The notes beneath the pieces are model-generated. The model did not search any database and was not told the origin of the DNA. It saw only the letters and a program-made list of their open reading frames with translations. The translations under genes were made by a program, and so were the position numbers. This document shows, piece after piece, positions 60,754 to 64,000 of a DNA stretch of 64,000 nucleotides; within the stretch, counting starts at the first letter, position 1, and each line of letters begins with the position of its first letter. This DNA comes from Spirochaetia bacterium. GTDB taxonomy: Bacteria > Spirochaetota > Spirochaetia > SZUA-6 > Bin103. The DNA is taken from positions 1,056,001 through 1,120,000 of the forward strand of contig CBDATQ010000001.1 of NCBI GenBank assembly GCA_965199955.1, in the 5' to 3' direction.

Positions 60754-61616
60754 TGAGCACGGGCAAGCAGGAGCTGTTCCATCCCGACGGCCGCTCCCGC
60801 GGGTTCTACTCGGAGCGCAACCGGCTGAACGACCTCACCGGCAAGGAGTGGCTGTACTGGACCCGTTCGGTGATCAGCCGCCCGTATCCGATCGACCATC
60901 AGCACCATATACGGCGAGCCCATGGCGGCCAGAAACCGCCGGAGCTGTGCGCGGATCTGGTCCGCGTTTTCAGCAAGGCGGGCGAGTCTGTGCTCGATCC
61001 GTTCATGGGCGTGGGCGGCGTGTTGATCGGGGCGGAACTCGCCGGCCGGAACGCCACGGGGATCGACATCAACCCGCACTGGATCAGCCTGTATCGGCAG
61101 GTCTGCAGCCTGGAGGGGCTGGGAGGGCTGGAGACCCTTGCGGGCGATGCCCGGGAGGCGCTCCCGAAGCTGCGCGGCCGCCGCTTCCAGTTGATTCTCA
61201 CCGACGTTCCGTATTGGCAGATGGAGACTGCGCCGCGGTCGAAAGGGGAGTTCAAGCGGGTCGGACAACCGGCCGCTCCCCGGCGGCCCACGCGGCTGCA
61301 CGGCCACAGCGACATCCGATATCCGAGCAAGCAGGCGTGGCTCGATGCCATGGGAAGGATCTTCATGCAGGCAACCGTCCTCCTGGACCGCAACCGCTAT
61401 CTCGTGACGTTCATCGGCGACATGTATCTGCAAGGCCGCTACCATTGCCTGTCCGCGGAACTGGGCGAAACCCTCAGCGCCATTCCCGGCCTGGTATGGA
61501 AGGCCAATCTCGTCTGGTACGACGTCGCCAAGGCGCTGCATCTGTACGGCTACCAGTACGCTTACATCCCCTCCATGGTGCATCAGAACATCCTGGTGTT
61601 ACGCAAAGAGCGATGA
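60753..61616 (+). CDS. N4/N6 DNA amino-methyltransferase family protein
   Basis: LNDLTGKEW, HGGQKPPEL, VLDPFMGVG, motif IV variant TDVPYW; TGATG overlap with the upstream MTase. Confidence 0.85.
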   Translation: MSTGKQELFHPDGRSRGFYSERNRLNDLTGKEWLYWTRSVISRPYPIDHQHHIRRAHGGQKPPELCADLVRVFSKAGESVLDPFMGVGGVLIGAELAGRNATGIDINPHWISLYRQVCSLEGLGGLETLAGDAREALPKLRGRRFQLILTDVPYWQMETAPRSKGEFKRVGQPAAPRRPTRLHGHSDIRYPSKQAWLDAMGRIFMQATVLLDRNRYLVTFIGDMYLQGRYHCLSAELGETLSAIPGLVWKANLVWYDVAKALHLYGYQYAYIPSMVHQNILVLRKER

Positions 61617-61638
61617 TGCGGAAGGGAGGCGGACAGGT

Positions 61639-62397
61639 ATGAGCCACGCTCGCCATCGTTACGTCCATGGATTCCGGGCGATCGAGGAACTGCTGTCGGC
61701 TCCTTCGCCCGGCGGCGTGCTCATGCTTGCGCGCGCCGGGGCTCGACACAGAAAGCTGGCGCAACTGGCGGCTGAGTCGGGAGTGCCCGTCCGGCGAACG
61801 AGCGACGGTGAGCTGAGCCGGCACGTCGACCCGGAGCGGCATCGGGGCGCGTTGTTGCGGGTCCGTTGCCGTCAATCACGAACGGATGACCGGCGACTGG
61901 AAGAGATCGCGGCTCGAACCGACAGCCACGCCCTGGTTCTGGCCGTCGACGGGGTCACGGATACCGGCAATCTGGGAGGGATCCTCCGTTCCGCGGAATG
62001 CTTCGGCGTCGACATCGTGGTGCTGCAGGCGGACCGCGCCGCGGCCGTCAGTCCGGCGGCGATTCGCGCGGCTTCCGGGGCCACGGCCTACCTGACGATC
62101 GCCACGGTCACCAACCTGGCGCGGGCGCTCACGCGCCTTCAGCGGGCTGGATTCTGGGTAGTCGGGGCCGATCTCGACGGACAATCCCTGGATGGGTATC
62201 GGTTCGCGGAGCGCAGCGTCGTCGTCGTGGGGGCGGAGGGATCCGGGATCCGCCCGGGCGTTCGCGCGCATTGCGACGCGCTGGTGACTGTCGAGACGGC
62301 CGGCAGTGTCGGCTCGCTCAACGTGAGCGTGGCTGCCGGGATCGTGTTGTATCGAGCGGCGCGCTCCCATGCTGCCGCCTGTCGCACGGGTCCCTGA
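61639..62397 (+). CDS. rlmB: 23S rRNA 2'-O-methyltransferase, RlmB/TrmH (SPOUT) family
   Basis: DGVTDTGNLGGILRS, GAEGSG, SLNVSVA. Confidence 0.88.
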   Translation: MSHARHRYVHGFRAIEELLSAPSPGGVLMLARAGARHRKLAQLAAESGVPVRRTSDGELSRHVDPERHRGALLRVRCRQSRTDDRRLEEIAARTDSHALVLAVDGVTDTGNLGGILRSAECFGVDIVVLQADRAAAVSPAAIRAASGATAYLTIATVTNLARALTRLQRAGFWVVGADLDGQSLDGYRFAERSVVVVGAEGSGIRPGVRAHCDALVTVETAGSVGSLNVSVAAGIVLYRAARSHAAACRTGP

Positions 62398-62437
62398 CCG
62401 GGACCCTTCGCCGGAGGCGAGGCGACCGGAGTCCTGT

Positions 62438-63054
62438 CTATCGGTTGCCGCGGTAGGCGGCAGCGATGTCGTGGCGGTACCAGCCGCCGTGGAAGCGGAT
62501 CCGCTCCGCCAGTTCGTAGGCGTGGGCGGCAGCCGCCCCGAGGTCGGAGCCGAATCCCACCGCGGAAAAGCACCGGCCTCCGCCGGTGACCACTCGACCG
62601 TCGCGAGTCCGCGTGCTCGCGTGAAAGATCAGCCCGCGGTCAGGGTCGGCGACCGGCAGGTCCACGGGAAAGCCGGTCTCGTACCGCTCGGGGTAGCCGC
62701 CGGAAGCGACCACCACGCACGCGGCTGCGCGATCCTGGGGTGGAACGTCCGGCAGCCGTCCCGCCGCGACGGCATTGAGCAGCGAGGCCAGATCGGTGTT
62801 CAGGGAGGGAATGAGCACCTGCGCTTCCGGGTCTCCGAAGCGGACGTTGTACTCGATCACCCGAGGACCGTCCTCGGTGACCATCAGGCCACGGCGTCCG
62901 GGTCAAGCGGGTTCAGTGAAGCGATATTCCCGGGGATCTCCACGGTGCCGGCGTTGCCGGGGGCGGCGTACAGCCGGCTGACTGTCGAGCTGCGTGACAG
63001 GCCCCAACCCAGGTCGCTCTCCCGTGCCCCGGAGCCGATCACGAGCGCGTTCAT
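62438..63054 (-). pseudogene. purD: Phosphoribosylamine-glycine ligase with a large internal deletion and frameshift
   Basis: 63054-62884 encodes the PurD N-terminus (MNALVIGSGARE...APGNAGT). 62884-62438 encodes the C-terminus (IEYNVRFGDPE, ASGGYP, TGGGR, YRHDIA). The middle is missing. Confidence 0.9.
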
Positions 63055-63085
63055 CCGCGCCCCGACGAGTGCTTCGGGTGGCCGG

Positions 63086-63880
63086 TCACGGAGCGGCGCC
63101 AGTCCCGACGCCGTTCACCCGGAAGAAGCGCTCGCTGTTGGCGAACACGGCGTCCGCGAACTCCTCCAGCGGCATCCCGCGCAGTTCGGCCACGAAGCGT
63201 GCGGTCTCTTGCAGATAGGCTGGTCGATTGCGCTCACCGCGGCGGGACGCCGGCACCATGAACGGAGTCTCGGTTTCCAGGAGCAGCCGCTCCAGCGGCA
63301 TGGCGGCCGCCACCTCCTGCAGGGTGCGAGCGCTGCGATAGGTGACGTTGCCGGCGAAGGAGATGTACAGGTTGAGCTCCAGCGCACGTGTCGCGAACTC
63401 CAGGTCCTCCGAATAGCAGTGCAGCACGCCGCCGCGCTCCGGCAGCTTGTCCCGCAATACCGCCAACACATCGGCGCCCGCATCCCGGTTGTGGATCACC
63501 ACCGGCAGCCCGACGTGATCGGCGATCTCGAGCTGGCGAACGAACAGGCTGATCTGCGAGTCACGATCCCCGTACTTGCGATAGTAGTCGAGCCCGGTCT
63601 CGCCGATCGCCACCACGCGTTCGCCACCGGCCAGATCGGCCAGGCGCGTCTCCCAGCCGGTCGGCAGGTGGTCTACTTCTGAAGGAGAAATGCCTGCGCT
63701 GTAATAAATTGAATGATCCTGCCCGAGCTGCTCGTAGGTGTCGGTGAAGTCGGTCAGGTCGTTCGAGATGCAGACGAACGCCTGCACGCCGGCATGCTTG
63801 GCTTCCTGGACCGCCAGGAGTTGCTCGATGGGGTCGTCGTGGATGAGAGCGAGATGGGCGTGAGTGTCGAACAGTTGCAT
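63086..63880 (-). CDS. tatD: TatD-family nuclease
   Basis: FDTHAHL, IGETGLDY, IHNRDA, LHCYS; ETETP in place of the usual ETDxP. Confidence 0.93.
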   Translation of the reverse strand: MQLFDTHAHLALIHDDPIEQLLAVQEAKHAGVQAFVCISNDLTDFTDTYEQLGQDHSIYYSAGISPSEVDHLPTGWETRLADLAGGERVVAIGETGLDYYRKYGDRDSQISLFVRQLEIADHVGLPVVIHNRDAGADVLAVLRDKLPERGGVLHCYSEDLEFATRALELNLYISFAGNVTYRSARTLQEVAAAMPLERLLLETETPFMVPASRRGERNRPAYLQETARFVAELRGMPLEEFADAVFANSERFFRVNGVGTGAAP

Positions 63881-63929
63881 GTCTCTTCTTCGGCGGATGG
63901 GGAATGGTCTGGCCGGGCAGCGTACCGGT

Positions 63930-63959
63930 TTGACAGGAGAGCGAGCGGAACGCTACCGT
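63930..63959 (+). promoter_or_regulatory. Sigma70-type promoter divergent from tatD
   Basis: TTGACA-18 nt-TACCGT. Confidence 0.55.
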
Positions 63960-64000
63960 GGCGCCCAGACTCCGGTCAAGATGGTGCCGGAGCGGAGCCC

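Noticed and set aside
59704..61616. Complete restriction-modification system or defence island
   Set aside because: No nuclease, helicase or specificity gene is adjacent; the neighbours are housekeeping genes.

Overview
High-GC bacterial chromosome segment, very probably Spirochaetota. Support: a SpiroCoCo-type N-terminus, Asn at the RpoB position equivalent to E. coli S531, and the gene order rplQ...rny-ymdB...der...grpE-dnaK-dnaJ...rlmB. About half the window is one uninterrupted translation/transcription cluster: tRNA-Thr, rpmG, tRNA-Trp, secE, nusG, rplKAJL, rpoBC, rpsLG, fusA, tuf, S10, spc and alpha. To the left lie dnaE, yggT, recG and rsmD. To the right lie rny, ymdB, a GerMN protein, der, a MerR regulator, a TPR / beta-barrel / ExbB / ExbD / TonB / HAD operon, grpE-dnaK-dnaJ, an orphan histidine kinase, two DNA methyltransferases, rlmB, a deleted purD and tatD. 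No CRISPR array, rRNA, integrase or transposase was seen. Main hunt results: (1) about 12 intergenic spacers are each filled by a micro-ORF that starts on the upstream stop codon and ends on or beside the downstream start codon, a possible ribosome-relay architecture; (2) a TonB-energised module of a giant TPR protein plus a short beta-barrel, function unknown; (3) two genes that appear to start at ACG; (4) fixed substitutions at antibiotic target sites in RpsL and RpoB; (5) gene decay by internal deletion or truncation (purD, HIT, SpiroCoCo). All calls were made by eye; no searches were run.
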